Notes: a model not told the origin generated them from the letters alone. 64,000 nt of DNA from a virus (IMGVR_UViG_3300032307_000505:18786-82785), one strand, 5' to 3'; positions 16,175-23,763 are shown, counted from the stretch's first letter. Made by a program: numbers and translations.

Positions 16175-16699
16175 TTGTTCTTTTGCTAACTTGTAACCAT
16201 TAATAAAAGCGTTAATTGATACTTCATCTTCGTAATATCTTTCAGCAATTTCTTCAAGTGTTTCTTGTTTAGTTCCCACTGGTTTTAATAATGCAGTGTA
16301 GTCAAGTTCTTCTTTTGGAATGATGATTTTGTAACCACTATGGCTAACATAACCTTTTTTAATATAATCAAAAGTGTTAATTATTTCAACCTCCTCACAA
16401 CTTGGATTCTTAACAAACCATTCTAAAAACTCATCATCAATAGCTTGTACACCATCTTTGATTAAGTATTGGTCTGTTGTTAGAATGATTTCAGAATACT
16501 CGCCCTTACAAATATCCATAGTTGCACCACTTAATAATTGTCTTGAAACAATTTTACCATCTAACAGCTCAGTTTTACATAAAACTCGATTAATTAAAGC
16601 ATATACATTAGGTTTAATTTCTTCATAATTAGTGATGTAAATATTTTCTTTTATATCTTGTATGTTTCTCATATCATACATTCTGTGTACATTTTTCAT
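16160..16699 (-). CDS. hypothetical protein, paralog family A
   Basis: Shares the DGV..I..EFL.WFV.NP.C block with 4049..4774 and DYTALLKPVGTKQ with 14056..14367. Confidence 0.5.
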   Translation of the reverse strand: MKNVHRMYDMRNIQDIKENIYITNYEEIKPNVYALINRVLCKTELLDGKIVSRQLLSGATMDICKGEYSEIILTTDQYLIKDGVQAIDDEFLEWFVKNPSCEEVEIINTFDYIKKGYVSHSGYKIIIPKEELDYTALLKPVGTKQETLEEIAERYYEDEVSINAFINGYKLAKEQFKNK

Positions 16700-16756
16700 A
16701 TCAAAGGGTTTTTAAATTAAAAACGATTAACCTATACATCGTGAGGTGTTGATAAA

Positions 16757-16993
16757 CTACTTATTCAACTGCTCAATCCAACTTTGAATTAGTTGCTGTG
16801 TTTCAGCAGGTCTGCCCCTTTTAATTTCATTTAATAAAACTTCAAGAGAATGATTTAAAGGGTCTCTTAAAGGATTTTTAACTTGTTCGTTGTTTAAATT
16901 TGTGTTTTCCATAATCTTATTTGGTTTTATTTCTACAAAGATAAGACATATTTCTTGATTTCCAAATAAATCCATATACGTATTTTTACTCAT
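16757..16993 (-). CDS. hypothetical small protein (gene X; N-terminus duplicated at 14677..14769)
   Basis: 78-aa ORF. Confidence 0.45.
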   Translation of the reverse strand: MSKNTYMDLFGNQEICLIFVEIKPNKIMENTNLNNEQVKNPLRDPLNHSLEVLLNEIKRGRPAETQQLIQSWIEQLNK

Positions 16994-17037
16994 ATAAAAA
17001 CCCCCACCGGTAAGTGAGGGTTTAATTTTTAGAAAAA
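16925..17037. repeat. 113-bp near-identical repeat, copy 2
   Basis: See copy 1 at 14702..14815. Confidence 0.8.
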
Positions 17038-17622
17038 TAAATAATCATTCCATTCTTCCGGAATATGATGAACTTGTTTTATCATCATTAAATAGTGTGG
17101 TCGTCTTGGTTGAGGTATTTCTTTCCCATATTCCTCTAACGTTAAATTTGACTTCTCACTATTACATTTCTTACAAGCGGTTACCAAGTTGTCCCACGCG
17201 TCTTTACCTCCCTTAGATTGGGGTATTACGTGGTCTAATGTTAAAGTTTTTCTATTCTCACATCCACAATAAACACAAGTGTGATTATCTCTACGATAAA
17301 CATTCTCTCTACTTAAAGGAACTTTATGAATCGGTTGATTCACATATTTGAAAACCCTGATAATTGATGGTTTCTTTATATCTAACTCAGGATTGATTAG
17401 ATTAAATGATTCCGGATGTTCGGCAACAACACTCGCGTTACCCTTATAAGTTATTACAAAAGCCCTTTCAGTGTTTATGATAGACCTTGGCATATAACTT
17501 GAATCCAAAACCAATGTTTTTCCGTACTTACTCACGACTTTTGATTTATTAGTTAAACATTCTTTTTGTTCCCCCAGGTGGTATCGAACCACCTTCCCGA
17601 TATTAAAAGTATCGTGCTTCAC
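17029..17622 (-). CDS. HNH homing endonuclease
   Basis: CVYCGCENRKTLTLDHVIPQSKGGKDAWDNLVTACKKCNSEK is a canonical HNH motif. The annotated ATG overlaps tRNA-Lys (17569..17639), so the true start may be internal or non-ATG. Confidence 0.75.
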   Translation of the reverse strand: MKHDTFNIGKVVRYHLGEQKECLTNKSKVVSKYGKTLVLDSSYMPRSIINTERAFVITYKGNASVVAEHPESFNLINPELDIKKPSIIRVFKYVNQPIHKVPLSRENVYRRDNHTCVYCGCENRKTLTLDHVIPQSKGGKDAWDNLVTACKKCNSEKSNLTLEEYGKEIPQPRRPHYLMMIKQVHHIPEEWNDYLFF

Positions 17623-17639
17623 CTTAAAGCTTTAGGGGA
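17569..17639 (-). tRNA. tRNA-Lys (anticodon TTT)
   Basis: Acceptor TCCCCTA/TGGGGGA, D-arm GCTT-TAAGGTG-AAGC, anticodon arm CGATA-CTTTTAA-TATCG, T-arm GGTGG-TTCGATA-CCACC. Confidence 0.65.
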
Positions 17640-17722
17640 ATATTGAGCTCATTCTACCTTAACATTGGGCTCAAAATCTCACATATTTGAGCTTAATAAT
17701 TATGGTTCGTGAGCCACATTTG

Positions 17723-17796
17723 TAGGTGATATGAGACTCGAACTCATAACCTCCTCGGTATCAGCGAGGTGCTCCAACCAATTGAGCTAACCACCT
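17723..17796 (-). tRNA. tRNA-Ile (anticodon GAT)
   Basis: Acceptor AGGTGGT/ATCACCT, D-arm AGCTCAATTGGTTGGAGC, anticodon arm CCTCG-CTGATAC-CGAGG, T-arm ATGAG-TTCGAGT-CTCAT. Confidence 0.7.
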
Positions 17797-18344
17797 AAAT
17801 TATTTTTTGATATAAATTCTTCACGATATTTGTTTATCGTATCAATAACTTCATTCTTATATCGGGAATGAACGTATTGGTGATGTGTTGGACACAAAGG
17901 TATTAAATTTTCAATAGAATTGTTTTCGTGATTTTCATCATAATGATGAACTGAAACAATTTTATTTTCACCACAAATAATACATTCCGGTTTATGTTGT
18001 TCAAAACATATTCTTCTATACTTACTACTTGACCTAATATCTTTAATTTCTTTATAGTTTGGGTTATTTTCCCCACTTCTAAAATGAGTGTTAGAACACG
18101 AATGAGAACAAGTTATTTTTTGTCTTGGATTCCCTAATAAATCTTCAAATTCTTTTCCACAAACAGGACATTCCTTGATAACTCTTTTATAAATTAAAGG
18201 TTTAGACCTTAAATGAGAAATATCGATATTATTATTCTCAATTAATTTTTTCATTTTTCGTCTTGACGTTCCATTATCAAATCCAAAAATTTCTCTCACT
18301 GCTTGGGCAAGAGTTTCACTATTTTTAATTATATCTTCTTCCAT
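17787..18344 (-). CDS. HNH-family homing endonuclease with Cys-rich zinc-finger region
   Basis: CPVCGKEF...CSHSC...CIICGENKIVSVHHYDENHENNSIENLIPLCPTHHQYVH has the HNH core plus extra Cys pairs. Confidence 0.65.
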   Translation of the reverse strand: MEEDIIKNSETLAQAVREIFGFDNGTSRRKMKKLIENNNIDISHLRSKPLIYKRVIKECPVCGKEFEDLLGNPRQKITCSHSCSNTHFRSGENNPNYKEIKDIRSSSKYRRICFEQHKPECIICGENKIVSVHHYDENHENNSIENLIPLCPTHHQYVHSRYKNEVIDTINKYREEFISKNNLGG

Positions 18345-18414
18345 ATAGATAAATATCTAAGAAAGTCGTAAAAGTCGTGTTTGAACCAAATATTTTTATC
18401 ACGACTAACAATAG

Positions 18415-18493
18415 TCGGGTAGACAGGACTCGAACCTGCAATAAAATGTCCTCATCCCAAATGAGGCGACTTAGCCAATTAGTCTACTACCCG
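18415..18493 (-). tRNA. tRNA-Pro (anticodon TGG), unusually long variable region
   Basis: Acceptor CGGGTAG/CTACCCG perfect. D-arm GACT-aattggcta-AGTC. Anticodon arm CCTCA-TTTGGGA-TGAGG (G37). About 10-nt variable loop. T-arm GCAGG-TTCGAGT-CCTGT. Confidence 0.6.
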
Positions 18494-18511
18494 TATTTTA
18501 ATCTATTTCTG

Positions 18512-18598
18512 CGGAGAACAAGGGAATCGAACCCTCACCGGTTTTACCCGGAACATCTTAGCAGGATGCCACTACAAACCAATATTAGACTATTCTCC
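18512..18598 (-). tRNA. tRNA-Ser (anticodon GCT)
   Basis: Acceptor GGAGAAT/GTTCTCC, discriminator G, anticodon arm GCATC-CTGCTAA-GATGT, long variable hairpin CCGG-GTAAAA-CCGG, T-arm GAGGG-TTCGATT-CCCTT. Confidence 0.65.
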
Positions 18599-18674
18599 AT
18601 TTTGTAGGATATCGCTTAACCTACGATGTTGATATCATTACACACCTTCGATATTACTATCAGCGATTTTTTTG

Positions 18675-18746
18675 TAGTCTCTGAGGGAATCAAACCCCCG
18701 CCCTAATATCCGTATTATTAAGTGCTATTCATTACACCAAGAGACC
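18675..18746 (-). tRNA. tRNA-Arg (anticodon ACG)
   Basis: Acceptor GGTCTCT/AGAGACT, anticodon arm TAATA-ATACGGA-TATTA, T-arm GGGGG-TTTGATT-CCCTC (T-loop TTTGATT, C56 replaced). Confidence 0.5.
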
Positions 18747-18803
18747 ATTTTGATGTCTTTCCATCAGTCATCCCTATTATTTGGTAAGGGTGGAACATCC
18801 TTG

Positions 18804-18918
18804 TAGTCAGTGTAGGATTTGAACCTACATTTTCAACAAAGGCCTTTATTGAAAAACTTACACTGTTTTTATAGAGTGGTGTCGTCCCACAGTAGCGTCT
18901 ACCAATTCCGCCAACTGA
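18804..18918 (-). tRNA. over-length (about 115 nt) class-II tRNA-like gene, Tyr-like anticodon loop
   Basis: Canonical class-II 5' end GGTCAGT-TG-GCGGAATTGGTAGACGC (as in E. coli Leu/Tyr) and T-arm GTAGG-TTCAAAT-CCTAC with matching 3' acceptor ACTGACT. About 25 extra nt lie between the D-arm and a candidate anticodon arm AAACA-GTGTAAG-TTTTT (GTA). The variable hairpin is 22 nt. Confidence 0.35.
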
Positions 18919-19021
18919 CCAATTTGAGGTTGAGAAAACCTCTGTATTGTAAGAACTGTGTACGGGTCATTCTTCTTTTCGCCCCGTATAGTATTCCCTT
19001 TCTCACCGGGAACAACACATT

Positions 19022-19225
19022 TTACTTCCATTGAGTTTTTCGGTTATACTTCCAAGTTTTGTAACTTCTGTATTTTATTGATGGGTGACCTTTTTTGAAA
19101 TTTAATCCCTCATCCCAATACATTGGAAATTCAAACTTTAACCAAATTACTCGGTAATCTTTTGAACAAGTCGCCTTGTTCAGTTTCATTCTGTTTGTGT
19201 TTACACTCATAATCTCTGAGTCCAT
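19022..19225 (-). CDS. hypothetical small protein
   Basis: 67-aa ORF between tRNA genes; weak. Confidence 0.3.
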   Translation of the reverse strand: MDSEIMSVNTNRMKLNKATCSKDYRVIWLKFEFPMYWDEGLNFKKGHPSIKYRSYKTWKYNRKTQWK

Positions 19226-19261
19226 TGTTTAGTGGACCTCAAAGATTGTCTAATACTTTTT

Positions 19262-19519
19262 TCATAACCGTAATTTATAAACTCGTTTATATTCGTCCAA
19301 CGCTGACTTCAGATTCTCAATACATTCTCTGTAATTTACATCATCACCTAAATTAAACCTTTCATTTTCTTGTTCTCGTTTGAATAGAACTTTTAACGAA
19401 TTATCAATGTTGGATAAAATGTCCAAGTAAATCAACTCTTTGTCTTTGGATTTCTTTAAATCAAATTTCAAATCTACAATTAGACCTTCTAATTCTTCAA
19501 TTTTTTCATTTTCATCCAT
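19262..19519 (-). CDS. hypothetical small protein
   Basis: 85-aa ORF between tRNA genes. Confidence 0.4.
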   Translation of the reverse strand: MDENEKIEELEGLIVDLKFDLKKSKDKELIYLDILSNIDNSLKVLFKREQENERFNLGDDVNYRECIENLKSALDEYKRVYKLRL

Positions 19520-19533
19520 AACAATTAAATTTG

Positions 19534-19606
19534 GGTGACTAAGGAGAATCGAACTCCCATTTACAGAACCACAATCTATCGTGTTAACCGTTACACTATA
19601 GCCACC
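19534..19606 (-). tRNA. tRNA-His (anticodon GTG) with G-1
   Basis: Extra 5' G(-1) opposite discriminator C73, acceptor GTGGCTA/TAGTCAC, anticodon arm ATAGA-TTGTGGT-TCTGT, T-arm GGGAG-TTCGATT-CTCCT. Confidence 0.7.
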
Positions 19607-19714
19607 ATATTTAAACCTATCAATGTGGGTTTGAGATGTACCCTTTTCAACCCGCTTTCACACCCATCACTCCTAAAGAGCTGTCAGTATCGGATACCAC
19701 ATTTAAGGTTTTTG

Positions 19715-19786
19715 TACTCTAGCAAGGAATTGAACCTTGTTCTCATTCTTATCAGGAATGTGTGCTAACCATTCTACTACAAGAGC
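19715..19786 (-). tRNA. second tRNA-Ile(GAT)-like gene with one acceptor mismatch
   Basis: Anticodon arm CATTC-CTGATAA-GAATG, T-arm CAAGG-TTCAATT-CCTTG, acceptor GCTCTTG/CTAGAGT with a T6:T67 mismatch. Confidence 0.45.
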
Positions 19787-19863
19787 AATTTTACCCCACT
19801 TCACCGGGTTAATGGACCGGATGCCATATGGGAGTGGGGGTTTCCTGTTATATCAGGACTCCG

Positions 19864-19936
19864 TGGTATCGGTTGGAATCGAACCAACGACACCTTGGTC
19901 TTCAACCAAGTGCTCTACCGACTGAGCTACGATACC
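19864..19936 (-). tRNA. tRNA-Phe (anticodon GAA)
   Basis: Acceptor GGTATCG/CGATACC, D-arm AGCTCAGTCGGTAGAGC, anticodon arm CTTGG-TTGAAGA-CCAAG, T-arm GTTGG-TTCGATT-CCAAC. Confidence 0.7.
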
Positions 19937-19996
19937 GGCTCCTGTATACCTTTGCAAAGGTGGTGGTAGTACAGACACTATAATTCCACTATTCTG

Positions 19997-20068
19997 CTCT
20001 CCCGGGAGGACTCGAACCTCCATAAATTGATTAACAGTCAACCGTAATAACCTTTATACGACAGAAGA
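19997..20068 (-). tRNA. tRNA-Asn (anticodon GTT)
   Basis: Acceptor TCTTCTG/CGGGAGA (two G:U), discriminator G, anticodon arm GTTGA-CTGTTAA-TCAAT, T-arm GGAGG-TTCGAGT-CCTCC. Confidence 0.6.
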
Positions 20069-20197
20069 ATTTTTGACTACTACTTAGACTCTTCCGTTCC
20101 GTAATAGTAGTCCAAGGCGTTACGCACCCATCTAGTAACTTTACTTCTCTTGAGTCCGGGTAAGGCCTTACCAACTCAGGGGTTGTTTCCTTGTTTG

Positions 20198-20270
20198 TGG
20201 GTCCTAAGAGAATTGAACTCTTTCCTTATGTTCTTCAGACATACGTACAGACCACTTATACCAAAGACCC
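20198..20270 (-). tRNA. second GAA-anticodon tRNA (Phe-like)
   Basis: Acceptor GGGTCTT/AGGACCC, anticodon arm TATGT-CTGAAGA-ACATA, T-arm AAGAG-TTCAATT-CTCTT. Confidence 0.5.
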
Positions 20271-20408
20271 AAATATGATAATGTTGGAGTACCCATCTCG
20301 CTCCAATCTTAACTGCTTATTCGTAGTTTTACGAGGCCTCGGCAGGGGGTGCAGAATTCTTGAACCTATCTTGGATTGTCGACATCCGAGAGATAGAGAA
20401 AACCATTA

Positions 20409-21056
20409 TCATTTTATTTTTCTACCTAACCTCCAACCGTTAGGTATGTTATCACCTTTAAATATTTTTTTATTCTCAACATCATTAGTAATCCAACAAG
20501 TACCATATTGAGAGTTATTTTTACCTTTTTGATTTATTGAACTTTTTTTACCAATAAGTTTTTTACTACTTTCTTTATGTTTTTTACCGTTCCAATCCGA
20601 CTTGAAATTTTTATATTTTTCAGGATTTGTTTTTAACCTCAGTAATTGATTTTCTGAATGTTTTTTACGTAAGTTTTCTGTAAACAATAAATCAGTTTTT
20701 CTCAATTCCTTTTGTTTTAAAATTCCAGCCTTTGAACATTTTAACATATGTTCTTTATTTAAAAACCCACCATTACCACCTTCTTTAAGGTTCATACATT
20801 TCCCATCACTAATTAGTTCTTTGTTTACTATTTCTTTCTCTCTAAGAATCAATTTTTCTCTATTTGGTAGATATTCAAGTATTTCTTTTGTGTGGTTTTC
20901 AACCCCGTATTTCCTAATACTATGTCTTAACATTGTTCCACTCCCCATATAACCATCCTCAATATTAGTTGTGGAGTGCATCCCAACATACCATCTTCCC
21001 GTTACATTACAAGTTGTTTTGTAAATGTAATGTATGTTTGATTTTTTTCTTGCCAT
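20409..21056 (-). CDS. GIY-YIG homing endonuclease
   Basis: N-terminal IHYIYKTTCNVTGRWYVGMHS...YMGSG is the GIY-YIG module; C-terminal Lys-rich DNA-binding-like tail; sits inside the tRNA island. Confidence 0.7.
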   Translation of the reverse strand: MARKKSNIHYIYKTTCNVTGRWYVGMHSTTNIEDGYMGSGTMLRHSIRKYGVENHTKEILEYLPNREKLILREKEIVNKELISDGKCMNLKEGGNGGFLNKEHMLKCSKAGILKQKELRKTDLLFTENLRKKHSENQLLRLKTNPEKYKNFKSDWNGKKHKESSKKLIGKKSSINQKGKNNSQYGTCWITNDVENKKIFKGDNIPNGWRLGRKIK

Positions 21057-21115
21057 TTCAGTTTCCTTTAATAATAAATATCTCAGAAAACTGAAAAGTA
21101 CAAAAAAGTTTATGG

Positions 21116-21196
21116 TGGAAAGTAGTGGACTCGAACCACTCCCGTGAGGACCTGATTTACAGTCAGGTTGCCGTATCCGAACGACTTTTACTTTCC
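21116..21196 (-). tRNA. tRNA-Tyr (anticodon GTA), CCA encoded
   Basis: Acceptor GGAAAGT/ACTTTCC perfect, discriminator A + genomic CCA, anticodon arm CCTGA-CTGTAAA-TCAGG, class-II variable arm, T-arm AGTGG-TTCGAGT-CCACT. Confidence 0.7.
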
Positions 21197-21452
21197 AATT
21201 TTTGTACCTCGTGATGGTTATGCTCCACCTCCATTTGTATGTAAAACAAATACGCTCCTATTACGCCAACGAGGCTGGTGGATGAATTATTTTTTTTATA
21301 GTAGAATTCGTCAACCTCAAAACTACTTTGTACCGAGAAATGGTAACGCTCCATTCTAAAGTCAGATATGAGCCGTCTTTGGTCCTTGACCTCTCGGCAT
21401 TTTGGTGGACATAGATTCATCATCTATTCTTGGGTTTCCACCGAACCCGTTG
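21197..21452. other. GC-enriched non-coding spacer with an internal repeat, function unknown
   Basis: No credible ORF (track ORFs here overlap tRNAs). Two related units at about 21207..21262 and 21337..21370 (tttgtacc..atggtta.gctcca..). Confidence 0.3.
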
Positions 21453-21524
21453 AGGTGATAGTAGGATTCGAACCCACGTAACAGATTTTGCAGACCTGTG
21501 CCTAAGCCACTCGACCATATCACC
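21453..21524 (-). tRNA. tRNA-Cys (anticodon GCA)
   Basis: Acceptor GGTGATA/TATCACC, discriminator T, anticodon arm CAGGT-CTGCAAA-ATCTG, T-arm GTGGG-TTCGAAT-CCTAC. Confidence 0.65.
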
Positions 21525-21531
21525 ATTTTTG

Positions 21532-21603
21532 TTACCCCTAATGGAATCGAACCACTCCCGCATGGACCAAAACCATGTGTACTAACCGATATACGAAGGG
21601 GCA
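21532..21603 (-). tRNA. tRNA-Gln (anticodon TTG)
   Basis: Acceptor TGCCCCT/AGGGGTA, anticodon arm CATGG-TTTTGGT-CCATG, T-arm AGTGG-TTCGATT-CCATT. Confidence 0.6.
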
Positions 21604-21609
21604 AAGTTG

Positions 21610-21697
21610 CGGAAGGAGTGGGACTCGAACCCACACGTGTGTTACCACCAACGGTTTTCAAGACCGCGACCCGTAGACCAACTTGGCTTACCCTTCC
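21610..21697 (-). tRNA. tRNA-Ser (anticodon TGA)
   Basis: Acceptor GGAAGGG/TCCTTCC, discriminator G, anticodon arm GCGGT-CTTGAAA-ACCGT, long variable arm, T-arm GTGGG-TTCGAGT-CCCAC. Confidence 0.65.
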
Positions 21698-21787
21698 ATT
21701 TTGTTTACCAATATTTCAAATAACTTATCCTTTATTTTGATGGGACAAAGGTAATCCTTTTTTCTTTACTTCCAATTTTTTTTACAA

Positions 21788-21822
21788 AAAAAAATCCTGA
21801 ACTTTTTGAGTTCAGGACTTTA
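21788..21822 (-). terminator. rho-independent terminator (minus strand) upstream of the tRNA island
   Basis: Minus-sense AGTCCTGAACTC aaaaa GAGTTCAGGA hairpin followed by T9. Confidence 0.6.
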
Positions 21823-22055
21823 TCTTATATTGTTGGTTTAATCTTTAGTATAAAATTAAATCACTTGATAAATCAGCTGAACTTGTATGCGAAATACGCG
21901 GATACGAACAATTACTAAATTGTTGTTTCCAAATCACGACGTTCATATGTTTATTAGTGTTTTTCATTTTTCTTTTTTTTTTACGGTATTTCTACCTGTG
22001 TTCTTAATAACTATTACAAACTTACGAAAAGTTTCATAAAAGTCAAATATTTTTT

Positions 22056-22763
22056 TTAATATTCCGCTTCAAATAACGTATTTGATTCTTGTTCTTCAAA
22101 ATTTTCGGAATGATATAAGAAGATAGTACCATTATTAAAGTTGAATTCAAATCTTCCTTGACCACCTTCGTTATTCTCCCATCCACCATAATTACTTGAT
22201 AGTTGATTATAACAAAAATCTTCCATATTTCCCGGTACTTGTCTGTTATTTTCAGAGAAATCCCCATCAAGTGAACCATCATCTCCCCCTCCACTATAAT
22301 ATACGGATAAAACACCATCTTCAGGTATTTGAATCCCATTTGTTTCCAATTGGTCTTTCCATTGTTCCATTAACTCAGGTTCTTCAAATTCTAACTCCCC
22401 TTCACCACCTTCGGCATAATAACTATAATATTGTTTAACAGTCAATTCTCGGTTGATTGTGTTAATTTCGATTGAAAATCGGTTATAGTTAATACCTTCG
22501 ATGTCAGGAAATGAATATTGGCCTGATTGGTCGATATAATTGAAAATCTTTTGTAATATCTCAATAAACCCTGATGGAATATCTAACCTTCTTTGCCAAT
22601 CAAAATGAGTAATAGTATCCCAATCAATATCTGAGATTTCACTTTGGTTATCATAATCATTTGCCTCAATATCTAGTTCTACGTGTTTTTCACCCATAGA
22701 CTGAACATATCGGGAAATTCTGTCTAAGTATTTTTTGTCTTCCGGTGTTAATAATTCATTCAT
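22056..22763 (-). CDS. hypothetical acidic protein
   Basis: 235-aa ORF rich in Asp/Glu/Gly. Confidence 0.5.
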   Translation of the reverse strand: MNELLTPEDKKYLDRISRYVQSMGEKHVELDIEANDYDNQSEISDIDWDTITHFDWQRRLDIPSGFIEILQKIFNYIDQSGQYSFPDIEGINYNRFSIEINTINRELTVKQYYSYYAEGGEGELEFEEPELMEQWKDQLETNGIQIPEDGVLSVYYSGGGDDGSLDGDFSENNRQVPGNMEDFCYNQLSSNYGGWENNEGGQGRFEFNFNNGTIFLYHSENFEEQESNTLFEAEY

Positions 22764-22774
22764 ACTAATAAATA

Positions 22775-23122
22775 TCAGTCTTCTAATTTAAGAGTCTTTA
22801 ACATCCATAATGGACGATTTTTTTCTCTAATATTATCTACCCATTCTTTCGCAGTTGGAATGTAATTGTTACAATCTTCTCTTACGTGTTGTTCTCCAAT
22901 GTATCGGGTATAAACGATTTTACCATCACTATTTACGAATTCCGTACCGAATCTTTTTTCCATTTCAAAGATTCCTTCTGAGTGATGTCTCCACATTCTA
23001 TGTAATGAGTCCCCATACCATGATTTGGTTTCATCTAACCATTCATGTAAGTGGATATAATCTTCTGGCTTACCTCCGTATTTTTTTACGGAGGATTTTG
23101 CATGTAAATTAGGGTGTGCCAT
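22775..23122 (-). CDS. hypothetical protein
   Basis: 115-aa ORF. Confidence 0.45.
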   Translation of the reverse strand: MAHPNLHAKSSVKKYGGKPEDYIHLHEWLDETKSWYGDSLHRMWRHHSEGIFEMEKRFGTEFVNSDGKIVYTRYIGEQHVREDCNNYIPTAKEWVDNIREKNRPLWMLKTLKLED

Positions 23123-23583
23123 TAATTTAAAATTTCTTGGTGTTCACTAATCACTCTCTTTAATGAGGTGACATACCTTTTGTCTGAGGCGTAAACTCTA
23201 CTTAATAGAGCGAAGTACTGACTTCTTGTTAAATTACCTTTGTTTTTTAAGGTAAATTCTTGCCATAATAGGTAATCCTCAATACTACTGTCCCAATCGT
23301 TGTACAGTGCGTATTCTTTTTTCCCCTTATTAATAGCTGTTGTTTCCCTTTTCTTTGGAGCTCTCATCCCAAACAAATTGTTTTGGTTGATGAAAAGAGG
23401 GGATTTAAAGTGTCCTGACTCTAACACCGCTTGGGCGAAAACTATGTCAGGAAATTTGATGTTCTTTTGGTTTATCTGTTCGTATAATAACACATGGGTT
23501 AATGACACGGACTCTGTTTCTTTTCTTGTTGTAAATGACATTAGCACCAACAACAAAGCGAATAAAATTGTTTTTAATTTCAT
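23122..23583 (-). CDS. secreted glucosaminidase-domain peptidoglycan hydrolase
   Basis: Signal peptide MKLKTILFALLLVLMSF, then AQAVLESGHFKSPLFINQNNLFGM, the core motif of mannosyl-glycoprotein endo-beta-N-acetylglucosaminidase (FlgJ-like) domains. Confidence 0.6.
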   Translation of the reverse strand: MKLKTILFALLLVLMSFTTRKETESVSLTHVLLYEQINQKNIKFPDIVFAQAVLESGHFKSPLFINQNNLFGMRAPKKRETTAINKGKKEYALYNDWDSSIEDYLLWQEFTLKNKGNLTRSQYFALLSRVYASDKRYVTSLKRVISEHQEILN

Positions 23584-23763
23584 ACTCTCTTTTTTACAGT
23601 TTATGAGTCCGGAATACTCCTCGCTCGTGACTTTAACAAGTGGATTTTGAAAAAGCCAATACGATAATTTTAGACCATCGTATTGTTTGGTTATACCTAA
23701 ATTTAAGATAAAAATATCAAAAATTCAAGGAACCTCTATTCTATAAGTACCTCAAAAAACGTC

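Noticed and set aside
17640-17722. Possible extra tRNA between tRNA-Lys and tRNA-Ile (inverted GAGCTCA repeats, GGTTCGTGAGCC)
   Set aside because: No 7-nt T-loop with flanking 5-bp stem and no acceptor pairing could be built.
20290-20408. tRNA-like signal (GGTTCAAGAATTC) between the second GAA tRNA and the GIY-YIG gene
   Set aside because: The T-stem does not pair, and a putative anticodon arm would overlap the endonuclease 3' end.
18377-21740. Eight track ORFs: 18377..18607, 18819..19034, 19535..19768, 19737..19925, 19853..20041, 20191..20511, 21163..21661 and 21498..21740
   Set aside because: Each is largely or wholly covered by tRNA genes or their spacers on the opposite or same strand. 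Their peptides are low-complexity read-throughs of cloverleaf sequence.
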